Part shown: positions 1 to 10,500 of the stretch, piece after piece
Layout: each line of letters opens with the position of its first letter
Position numbering within the stretch: position 1 is the first letter of the stretch
Source of the DNA: Catajapyx aquilonaris
Taxonomy: Eukaryota
Length of the DNA: 64,000 nt
Assembly: GCA_000934665.2 (NCBI GenBank)
Contig: KZ538128.1
Span: 62,001-126,000, forward strand
Direction: 5' to 3'
Made by a program: the position numbers and the translations under genes
The notes under the pieces: model-generated
The model's input: only the letters and a program-made list of their open reading frames with translations
Databases searched by the model: none
Told to the model about the DNA's origin: nothing

Positions 1-16
1 CATTATTGTTAAAAAC

Positions 17-354
17 TGTAGGGAGACGGAGTGGCGCCGTGGTAACGCGTGCGCCCACGGAAGTTAAGGTCCCGGGTTCAATCCCCACCCGGGGTCCCAC
101 CTTCTTTCGTGCAGAGTGAGACCGTCTCTGGCTTCGTTTCGGGTGGCGATCCTTGCACATAAGCCACCCGGGGGAGTTCACAAAACGGCAAATACAACGT
201 CTGTGCACACGCACTTTGCACATCCCCTCCTACCTACCCTTGGAACACACTAAGTACTATCACACAGTACACCAGTTCCACCCAAATGGTGGTAATTCCA
301 CCCCCCTAATGGAAATTAACTCCCAACGGGGTACAATTAAAAAAAATAAAATAA
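17..354 (+). mobile_element. tRNA-derived SINE with A-rich tail and 15-bp target-site duplication
   Basis: Pol III A-box-like TGGCGCCGTGG (~32-42) and B-box GGTTCAATCCC (~75-85). A-rich tail at ~338-354. Identical flanking direct repeat ATTATTGTTAAAAAC at 2-16 and 355-369. Confidence 0.8.
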
Positions 355-784
355 ATTATTGTTAAAAACCACTTGCAGCGTACGACAATTTACTTGTGAA
401 AAAGAAGCAACTGAATGAATTGACTATTAAACAGTATTCCACTGATTTGCAGAAACAGCTGAATTGGATGGACCAGTGAAAACAGAAGTGCATAATTATA
501 TCATTTATCAGTGTTATTAAAATATAGGTAAAGGCAGAAGGACGAGCCTACATTATATTAGATATTTCTACCACCAAAATTAGTAACCAATAATGAAAAC
601 TAATAATGGCATTATGTGATTTCAAGAAGTTAAAAGTTCTGATATTGGCAGTCTGATATAACAGTTTAACTTAGAGAAACTATGGAGACGCATTTTGTAT
701 TGTTTAGCCTGGGGAAGAGTCATTAGTCGGACTCGCCTCAAAGGCAATTAGCATGAAAAACTGATTTTACTAATCCAACACAGC

Positions 785-884
785 ATGGACGACCCTTACG
801 AGGAAGCAAGAAAGCTATGGCTCATAAAACGAGACCACTTTAGGGCTCTGCAGGTGGCAGCCGGAATGAAGGAAGACAAAAAAA
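785..884 (+). CDS. Exon 1 of PGP/SHIPPO-repeat (pitchfork/CIMAP3-like) protein
   Basis: ATG at 785 opens MDDPYEEARKLWLIKRDHFRALQVAAGMKEDKK, ending at donor A|GTAAGA (885). The 100 nt give phase 1, matching the acceptor at 1676. Confidence 0.6.
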
Positions 885-1675
885 GTAAGAATCCGAATTA
901 TTACGTATGTAGCCTAAGGCTACTACAGTTATCACTGTCAGAAAAAATCATGCAATAAGACAGCAGAAATATGGCAAATTACTGTAAAACTTCTTCAGGA
1001 CTCTTCTGTAACAGTACCGTATATAACATCCTGTATATTAATGTACCAAAGCGGGCAATGCAGTAGATATACATGATAATCATGCCCCTTCATATGGAAA
1101 AGTACCGGTACTATAAACTTCATATCTTCCAACAATTCGACATAGGCCTACCCAAATGCTATATGAAATACTCTAAAATAGTACAGTCCTGAACTCCTGA
1201 TGCATGCTGATACACATGCTGCACATACATATGAAGGGCATGTATATGAAGGGCTGATGTCTCAAATTCATGCAAAACTGTTTCTTTTTTGCAGAATTCA
1301 GGTGTCTGAAGCTGTTTATGACCCATGGAGGTGATCTGACGCCTAGTCATTATAATATATTTATTATGGGTCAGATCATCTTCATTCATCATAATTATAT
1401 TTAGGCTACATGAGCCCATCTACAAACACAACTGAATTATGCAAAAAAAAATGACATGAGGTTGGTATATGAGCGGGTCCTAAGGAGAGTTTACCCTAAA
1501 AGTTTGTCAGTACAGTATTATTACAGAAAACCTTTTATAAACGATATCATTATCTCGCCACAATTTAATAATAGACTACATAGCGTCATTATTTATAATC
1601 GCGTTCTACTGTATATATTTCATGCCCCACAACTAGACTACAGATAATGTAACAAATAAATGCTTTCTTTTGTAG

Positions 1676-2096
1676 AACATGTAATACCTGACTTGGCGTT
1701 TGGGAGCACACTTCCACGAAACAAGTGGCCAATGCCTTCAAGGCAATTCCTGCAAATCCCACCCAGCACAAATTATCTCATTACCCCAGTAAAACCCGAA
1801 GATTCCCTGGGTCCAATGTCCTACCATCGCGATGAAGTCACCAGCATGGTGTACCAGCTGGAGAAACAAATATGCAGCACCCGAGGTAGATACTTCGGTG
1901 CGACTCTCTACAAGCAACAACATATGTTCGCATTTGACAATAGCCAGTCGAGCACCCCTGGGCCCGGTACCTACACCAAATCGGAATACTATCCTGGGCC
2001 TAAACTAAGAATTGGTCCCCGACGAGAAGTTGCAACTCCACTCCCTAAGCCAAAAGTTCCACGATTCCCTCCAAAAAAAATCCCCAATGTTCCTGG
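1676..2096 (+). CDS. Exon 2 of PGP/SHIPPO-repeat (pitchfork/CIMAP3-like) protein
   Basis: Acceptor TTTTGTAG| and donor GG|GTAAGT. Encodes AFGST, LGPMSY, CSTRG, TPGPGTY and NVPG motifs typical of PGP-repeat ciliary/sperm-tail proteins. Confidence 0.75.
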
Positions 2097-2211
2097 GTAA
2101 GTTCGCAACAACTCAAGGTTAAGACTTGGGCTTATTGGGCTTAGGTCTAGAAATTAACAATCCCTGTTCTTTTAAACATTACTTGTGTTATAATATTATC
2201 TATGATGACAG

Positions 2212-2545
2212 GCCCGGAAGATACCAGCCAGAGTACGCCACGGTGGGTAAATCTCTTCCTGTCGAGATACATCTAGGAATGGGCCGAAGCGTTGTTAACA
2301 AGACAGCGTTTCAATGTTACCGCGATGAACCAATGAAACTCTTTAAGTGTGTAAAATGCGGAGAGACTCCTGGGATAAACTATTGGTCGGCGCCTAGGAA
2401 ATTGTTGCCACCACAAAACGAAGCTGAGGAAGAAAAGCACGTTACTATTGATCGAGATTTGGCTGCTGAAAAGATAGTATGCAAAAACTGTTACAAAATC
2501 CTAAAGGGTGATTGCCGCAATGAAATCTTCCTGAAAAATTTTAAG
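2212..2545 (+). CDS. Exon 3 of PGP/SHIPPO-repeat protein (completes PGPGRY; two CxxC motifs)
   Basis: Acceptor ACAG|G completes VPGPGRY across the junction (phase 2). Contains CVKC and CKNC. Donor AAG|GTAGGT is phase 0. Confidence 0.75.
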
Positions 2546-2793
2546 GTAGGTCTACTTGAAAAAAAGCCACCTATACTATACAGACCTAGGGTGGAATTTT
2601 CGTCGTACTACTAGTTATACTTTTAACTTAGCAGTATACCAGTGTAATGCAATGGTACTGCTAAGTTAAAAGTAACTAATTCCACCCCTAGTGTGTGACT
2701 CGTTATGATATGCCGTGTATAAATGAGAATGAACAAAAGACAGGCTTCCTGCCAGTACAGATGAAAACATCATTTTTCTCCCTCTCTTCACAG

Positions 2794-2925
2794 CATATTT
2801 ATGGATGCAAGGACTTCCACTGGCACCCTCCCGGGCTCCCCGTGTATCGTCGCAAGGCTACCATCTTCAAGATGAGGGATATTAAGAACCGACAGCCCTA
2901 TCAATATCTCTTTTTGCCCAAATAA
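2794..2925 (+). CDS. Terminal exon 4 of PGP/SHIPPO-repeat protein
   Basis: Strong pyrimidine tract plus CAG| at 2793. Reads HIYGCKDFHWH...YLFLPK to TAA at 2923-2925. The joined CDS is 987 nt (328 aa plus stop). Confidence 0.7.
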   Translation, partial: HIYGCKDFHWHPPGLPVYRRKATIFKMRDIKNRQPYQYLFLPK

Positions 2926-3702
2926 TACTTGTTGTGAAACAGCTTAAAGCTCAAGTCACAAGACAACTAAAATAGCTTCAGCAGAGTCTTTCCCGGAATG
3001 TCGATTTGAAAACCATGGCTCATTTTTATGCTTAACAATTTACAATCTCTAGAGACAATTGTATGGTACGTCAAAATTGTATAGTGGTAAACAAAGCTAA
3101 TGTCAAAATATAAATTCCAAGTCGATGTACGTCAAGTTATTCAATATTACTAACCTTTAACCCTCGCGCTTTTGAATTTTGTGGAATATTTTGTGGGAAG
3201 AAACCGGCCCCGCATCAAAATATTAGTGCAAATAATGTGTTTGCAAATAGTCAATGGAACGGTCATCCATAAAGTACGTAATACGTACATGGCAGATGTA
3301 TCCCTGGAGAAGCACCATATCGTCTCTCTCCCACTGTAACATATTATATTTCACAAGCTCTAAGGAACTGATAAAATTCAACGATTTTTTTTTGACATTT
3401 ATGATATTACGGAAAGCTGAAACTGAGGCCTCCCCTTTGAGATTGCAAAAAAACTGTGACAATATAAATACTACCAACTTCACACCTAGCTACTTTTATG
3501 CAGGATGGAGCGCTTATTTTACTGTATACAGTACCAGCCATAAAATGGTGTCCCAAGCAACCTTTGTGGTTTGCAGCACCTCCCAGGGTTCCTTACAGTT
3601 AGGCTGGCCAGCTATTATTCGAACGAGATACCACATTCAGTTGTGATAACTACCCACATAGCCTTTAATATTTATGATAGCTGCATTACAACTATTCCTA
3701 TA

Positions 3703-4683
3703 CAGGGTCATCAAAAAAGAATGTCCCAATTTGAAAACTGTGCAACTCGAAAACTTGTAGACATATCTTAATGATTTAACTTTTTAAATGCTCAGAAGTG
3801 TCTAAAGTTTTGCCCTTACTATAATTTGTTTCAATATGAGCTCCATTTGTCGCTCGAAAAATTTAGATGCGGTAATCGGTGTCGTGCCAAACCCGTTCAG
3901 GCATGTCTGGCGTTACCATTGCATTCTTATCCCGTAGGTTAGTTCTTCCCAAATTGTGGGTCACGACCCCATTTGGGGCCGAGAGGGAGGCTAAGAAATT
4001 ATTTTCACAAAATGATGCTATCTTTCTTGAAAATCATGACCATAAGGTAAGGTCATTTCACTGTTTACCTGTCTTTTCATGTCGGCGGATCGAAATGTGC
4101 ACATATAGGGGGTCGCAAATTTTACAATACGATTTTTTGGGGTCGCCAACGAAAGAAATTGGGAAGCACTGCCGTAGGTACTGGTGATGCCGGATCATTT
4201 CACCATACATGTGTCTCCCCATGTGTCTCCATCGGACTAAGATCTGGGCTTCTGGAGGGGCTAGGCATGGTGAAACTTCTCATTAAACACTTCGCACACT
4301 GGGAGGCTGAACAAATTAATCTTTCCTACGGCAGGTTTGTTTCATGGATTAGGCGACTTTTTATGGGAATCTTCAAGAACAATATGTGTGGTGTAAAGAC
4401 CCAAGATATCCAGCACCTACGGGATAGGATTGCAATGGTAACTCCAGATATGATTGATAGCAAGAGCTAAGTTATTAGCTCTTGTTGATAGGGTTTGGTA
4501 CAACACCTATTACTGCCTGTTTTATCTGGCGAGCGACACATGAAGCTCATATTGAAACAAACTAAGGTGAGACCACAACTTTAGACCTTTCTTAGCATTT
4601 TAAAACTTAAAGCATTAAGATATGTCTCCAAGTTTCCGAGTTATATGGTTTTCAAATTGGGACATTCTTTTTCGATGACCCTG
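3703..4683. mobile_element. Non-autonomous Tc1/mariner foldback element, copy 1 (contains a nested hAT-like MITE)
   Basis: TA|CAGGGTCATCAAAAAAGAATGTCCCAATTTGAAAAC ... GTTTTCAAATTGGGACATTCTTTTTCGATGACCCTG|TA. Long imperfect inverted arms and a degenerate SPDL transposase motif on the minus strand. Homologous to 9050-9754. Confidence 0.85.
3940..4171. mobile_element. hAT-like MITE nested in the mariner-derived element
   Basis: 8-bp TSD CCGTAGGT at 3932-3939 and 4172-4179. Imperfect TIRs TAGTTCTTCCCAA / TTGGGAAGCACTG. Absent from the paralogous copy (empty site ~9272-9279). Confidence 0.8.
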
Positions 4684-6657
4684 TATTATTCAAGCAGCTC
4701 TACAGTAGTTAAAATGTTAAATGAATAGCAGACACACATAGAATGTCATTTCTGAGCCTCTGCATTGTCATAAAATCAACGGCTGGTAACAAAATGGTAG
4801 TTAGAGAGGAGTTTCATTCAGACATGAGCTATGTATGAAATCACAGCCTGACCTGTGATGTCCTGCCCTCTCCCTACCACTGTTCCATGCATTTGCCAGT
4901 ATGCAAATGGCTTTCCCAAATTATGTTTATCTTGAGAGTTCAGACACCACTGAAATCTCTTGCATGTGAAAAAAGATGCCCAAATCAACCCTAACTTGTG
5001 GTATGGTCCTATAAGGTTTCATAAGCGTCCATGGAAAAAAACCACCTGCATTAGGCACGTAAGAAGCATAATGTTGTGCAATTGGTAATATTAACTGCAT
5101 ATCATTTAATTTCTTTATTACAATTTCTCCTGACACATGTGCTACAGCACTGATATGTGAGGATAATTATGTGACACATGGGTGAACATAATTTTTCAAG
5201 TCACCTATTGCTAACTTTCAAGTATTGCACAACATTCTTCTTGTTAAGCACCTGCTCTAAACTTGCATACTGTATAGAACTGTACAAGTAGGTGTAACCC
5301 ATTACAGCTGGAATATATCTGTTGAGCAACAACCATCTTCTCACATAGAGGTGGATGCCGGCAAAGAGGGAAATAATTGCAGAATCTCTTTATGCCTCTC
5401 CAGTGGTCTTTGTCCCAGGCATGGGACCACACAATACCTGTCATAAGCAATAAAACTGTTGCAGTTACCAAATATACCCAGAGAGATACAGGACAATTGG
5501 TAACCACTGGTTTAACAAACAAAAAACTGAAGTCTGGTAATAGTGTAACTGGTCCTAAATTAATGATAGATGAGCATTGCTTTGTTGTACAACACCCCAT
5601 CATTATGGAGCTTGGTTTACTCAAGAAACGGTGGCTTCTATTTATAAATGTGGCAAACATTGGCCATGATCTAAAAAGCACACTGTTTTTAATCACTTTC
5701 TACAGTTCAGGAAAAAAGAACCAAAAATCACTGGTAGACAGCAAAGGATTGTTTTCTTCTAGGACAAACATCGAGAGCAGTGGAATTCATTACGCTCGTG
5801 ATTATTCATTCATCTGTGGCTAATCAAGCATACTGTTACACTTCATTTCTCATATAAGCATATTACAAGATCTGAATGTTGGGAGGAGGGCAGGAAGGGA
5901 AATCAATGGCTAGGAGGAAGGAAACACATGCTACGCAAAGTCTGCAAGCATAAAAACGTCACGCCACACTCCCCAAAAAAAAATCTTGTGCCACAGCATG
6001 TCGTAACATTTGGTCACTTTTGACATTTGTCAAATTACTTTTTTTTATATTTTCTGACAAGTAAACCCAAAGCAATTAGTAGATACTCTCCGGCATTTCA
6101 CCCGACTCTGGGCAACTGACCTTCCAGGTTCGGTCGTCGCATGCCACTGACTTTTGACAGACTGCCCGGCCCACCAAAAAATTAAAAAAATAACCATGAA
6201 ACATGTTAGTAAGGTCGAGCAACAGTTCTGCCCAAAAGCCACTAGCATGCATCTGACAACACCTCTCAAGTGCTTGAAGTCGGGAGTGTGTGCCGATTCT
6301 AGTTTGTTTCATTCCCGAGGGATATTTAAAAGCACAGATCCCACGTGGTGTTGGTCTGCACAGACAACCTTACATTGACAAAGAAAAAAAAACCATAATA
6401 GCAATGGAAAAAAAACCAAACTAGTTCATTAAGAATTGGGCCAACTATTGGTTCTGACTCATGAGCATATTCTGGAATGGCCCTCTCTAGGCCATGAGAG
6501 GGCAAAAAAATGGAGGAAGCAACCCACTCCTCACAGACACTGGTCAAAAAAAATAATGAAGCAAAAACAACGTCGCCTGTATGGTCCACTGATGCTTGTG
6601 GTCTGTAAAAGAATGTCACATTTGGTAGGGCTATACAATTTTACTTGTTTCATATTT

Positions 6658-7514
6658 TTAAGTAGTGAAGTCAGCCCGATCCCATACTAGTGGCCCTAGG
6701 TCAGTGGGGGTTTTGGTGTCCATGTCATCAATGCTAAATAGGTCAAATGGGTCTGGTTGCTGGCTTGTGGCCAGCAATGGGTCACACGTGTCTGCCATGT
6801 GTCCGGAAGAAGCTTGATTGTGAAGATGTAAAAAAGTGGCGGTTGGAGGGAGGGAGGCTGAGCCAGAACTAAATGTGCCTGATGATGGAATCAAAGATTC
6901 AAGCCAGTCTGATACATCCATGTCCATTTGCATATCTGGCAGGTCCAAGAAGTCTGTTGGTGGCTCTGCCGGTGCTTCAGTTGGCTGAGATGTATTTGGT
7001 ACTAGGAGGTCTGGTGTAGGGTCAAAGTGAGATGCAGACGACTCTAGTGAATCCAGTGGCTCAGTCTCCAGATGGCTCAAGTCCATTGAGTCCAATGCTT
7101 CCAAGTCAACACCAAGGTCACCTAAGTCCAAGCTTGGGGTTGACTGAAGAACATGTGGTGTTGACTCAGCTGCTGATGTGGCAGCCAGTAGGCTGTTCAA
7201 GACCATGTCGATGTTATGAGAAGACAGCTCGTTGTCCTGTGACTCAGTTGTTGCTACTGCATTGCTGGCCAATCCACCAATGGGGATTTGAGTGCAGGTT
7301 AGTGGTACAACAGTTGGGAGTGTGACAGCAAAGGTACTTGGTGGCAGAGGCGGAGGGGGTGGTGGGGGAGGTGGTGGTGGACTGGCTGATGCACTTGTTA
7401 CGGTTGAGACTGTGCTTGTTGCAGTAGTCATGGCACTGGTAAAAATTAGCCCTTGTAGTGTCCTACCAGGGGTGGTTGGCGTTGCTGGGTCCTGTGCTGC
7501 ACTGGGTGGAAGCT
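6658..7514 (-). CDS. Mrtf: Mrtf terminal exon (Pro-rich and acidic transactivation region)
   Basis: Acceptor CCTTTTCAG| completes KNGELPP. Encodes poly-Pro and DMDVSDWLESL. Stop TAA at 6660-6658. Confidence 0.9.
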
Positions 7515-10500
7515 CTGAAAAGGCACCACAATTTTAAGACATTTTGGCATAAAGGATGTCCATTGTAACACTAGTCATGAAGTGAAAATCAGGAAACAGG
7601 TTGGCCATTTCCCCCACCAAACAGTTTCTAAAAAATTCCATTCCAGGCAGTTAAAATTTCTTGTACAACTCAATGCAGAGAAGTGAATTGCAGCTATTGA
7701 ACTGGAGGAGAGTTTAATTTGTGTGTAGCTGGCATCACAAGACTTTAAATGGCATGTTTAAAATTAAACAACCTCCCTGAATTCTGCCCTTAGTGGTTAG
7801 CTATATGTGGCATTAGGCTACTTATTTTAAGCAGTTACTGTTGCACAGCTAATTTTTAGCAATCAAAAGTATTAGCTGCTAATAAAGGTTGTGTGGATCC
7901 ATCCATTTTAAAGCCTGCAAAGGGAGTCTGGCCTGAAAAGATTGGTTCTATCATGGACATTCAATGAAAATGGTTCACTGACAGTGAGTCCTTCTCAATT
8001 TTTTCTAAACTGATTTATTTTACCCTGTTAGAGGGAACTGAGCCCTTTCGGGGGGGGGGGGGGGGGGGGGTNCGATCTCTGTGCAAGGACTTAAGGACGT
8101 AGGGTAGAGGTAGGGATATTTTTTTTTTTTTTGGGGGGGGGGAAGACACAGGTGCAGGTACATTGTCAGAATATTGGGTCATGTGCAGTCTCCCTGGAGG
8201 TAGGTTGCCCGACGCCTACAAGGCGCGGGTCCGAGACCCTCCTGACCCAGTTGAAAGAGAGCTGCCAGGAACCTGGGACCTTCCGATCATTAAGCCGAAT
8301 CATTACAGACTGGGTCAGCATGCCTTCCCTGAGTCATTCTCAATTGGAAATGCATTGTAATTCAGAGCATGGAGTGATCCCTCTATTCAACCTAAAATTA
8401 GCACCCAATACTTTTGATAACTACTAAAGTAAATTAGCAAAACAGTTTCAAAATAGGCAGCTTAATTTTATCAAATCACTAACTAAAATGGACATTTCAA
8501 CTAGAACACCCAGTATATCTATGATTTGGTGCCTCAAAAATTCATTTTGTGACAATCAGCCAGTATCTACCATTGATAAGGTGGCTTTGCGTAGATTTAG
8601 AAAGAAAAAAAATCTTAATAGATTTGAGGTAGATAACATGGACCAGGGTATGCTGAATGTTAGGCATAGCATTTGGAAACACAAAAGCAGTGAATATTTA
8701 ATGCAGCCCTACCTATAACTGAATGAAAATTACTTCCTTCTGTAAGTTGCTCAGCTGTAAGGCCAGCTGGAAAGGAGCCATTTTGCATCTCAAACCCAGC
8801 AGTACAGCAGCATGTTCCTATTGAGGTGTCAGTTCAATTAGCAAATTTTTCGCAGTAAGCAGCTAATAATAACAACAGGTGGAATTGACATCTCTTTTAA
8901 AATATTTCAAAGGACTTCGCAAAACGGGGGTTCAACCATTAACCTCAGGTTCCAATAGATCAAAAGGGAGTCACTTGCTGTGCCTTCATCTCAAATATTC
9001 ATTGCAATTCAGGATCTGCTTCCATTCAACCTAATATTAGAAGTTAATACTGGGTGATCGAAAAAGAATGCGCAGATTTAAAAACCCTATAACTTGAAAA
9101 CTTGTACACATATCTAAATGATTTAAGTTTTGAAGAAAGGTCTAAAGTTCTGGTCTTACCATAGTTTGTTTTGGTATGAGCTCCATTTGTCGCTTGAAAA
9201 ATGTAAATATGGTAATCGGTTTCGTGCCTAACCCACTCAGACATGTCTGGCGTTACCTTTGCGATCTTTTCCTGTAGGTGCTGGAGATGCCGAATCTTTT
9301 CACCATACAGGTATCTCCACAAAAAAGTCCATCGGGGTAAGATCTGGGCTTTTGGGGAGGCTAGGCATTGGGAAACTTTTCATTAAAGACTTCACACACT
9401 GGGAGGCTGAACAAATGAAACTTTCCTACTGCAGGTTTGTTTCATGGATGATGCAACTTTTTATGTGCATCATCAAGAACAATAATTATGTTTGGTGTAT
9501 AGATCAATCACCTCCACCTATGGGATAGGATTGCAACGGTAACTCCAGATATGATAAAGCGGGTTTGGCAAGAGACCGAATACAGCCTTTTAAAATCTTC
9601 CGAGCCACAAATAAAGCTCACATTGAAACAAAATAAATTGAGACCAAAACTTGAGACATTTCTTAGCATTTCAAAACTTAAATTATTCAGATCAGTCTAC
9701 AAGTTTTAGAGTTATAAGGTTTTAAAATCTGTGATTTCTTTTTCGTTCACCTTGTATTTTCAATAGGCTCTACATATAACTACCTGAAAGTAACTGCTTA
9801 AAAACATACAGCATATTGCAAAAAAATTACTACCCAAAATGGACACTTCAGTTGGAACACTGCATAACAGCCTTTAGCTAATGCCTACTGGAAGTCTGCA
9901 GTGTAGAGCCAATGCCCCAAGGCTCCTGTCAATATGTAACCACCTATTGTCCACTATGGCACGCTATCTTACACCACATGGGTCCTTCAGCTTCCCTAAC
10001 ATTAGTCACAACCTGTGATTCCAGATCCACAATAGCTCTGCTCTCCCTGCCTGAATTGTACCCCAAGAACAATATTTGGTTTGTGATCTTCCGATCTGGC
10101 TAACAAACTTGAATGTAATGGAAACTTTGTCTACTGCAAAAATATATATAAATAAATAAAAGTCCTGGCAATGAAATAAGAATTCATACATATTTTTGTA
10201 CAATGTAGAATTACTTGCCTGATACATAAAACCTTCTGCACAGCAAAAATTAATACTGCATTAACCCAAATAAGGCTGGTGATTTTCGCGTTTTTGCAAG
10301 GATCTGCAAAAGATTTTCTTGCTTTGTCACTTGGGGGATGAGACGTGAATACATTAGTCAATCAGATCGTCTAGTGTCCAGGCTTCATCCTGAGGTCATC
10401 TATGTGACCCTCCTCTCATACCATATGGAGATGTAAATTCTTAAGTGCAACAAGGTGGCGCAGGGGGTATGTTTCCCGCCTACTCCAATTTTTTGCCATT

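Noticed and set aside
17..110. Functional tRNA gene
   Set aside because: It has A and B boxes but continues into a SINE body with an A-rich tail and a 15-bp TSD.
5244..5823. Overlapping ~150-aa ORFs on both strands
   Set aside because: No recognisable motifs. The position fits the Mrtf 3' UTR, with a minus-strand AATAAA at 5114-5119.
10266..10275. CArG box CCAAATAAGG (and CCAATATTGG at 55965-55974) suggesting SRF/Mrtf autoregulation
   Set aside because: Several CC(A/T)6GG matches are expected by chance in 64 kb of AT-rich DNA, and these are neither clustered nor near a candidate promoter.
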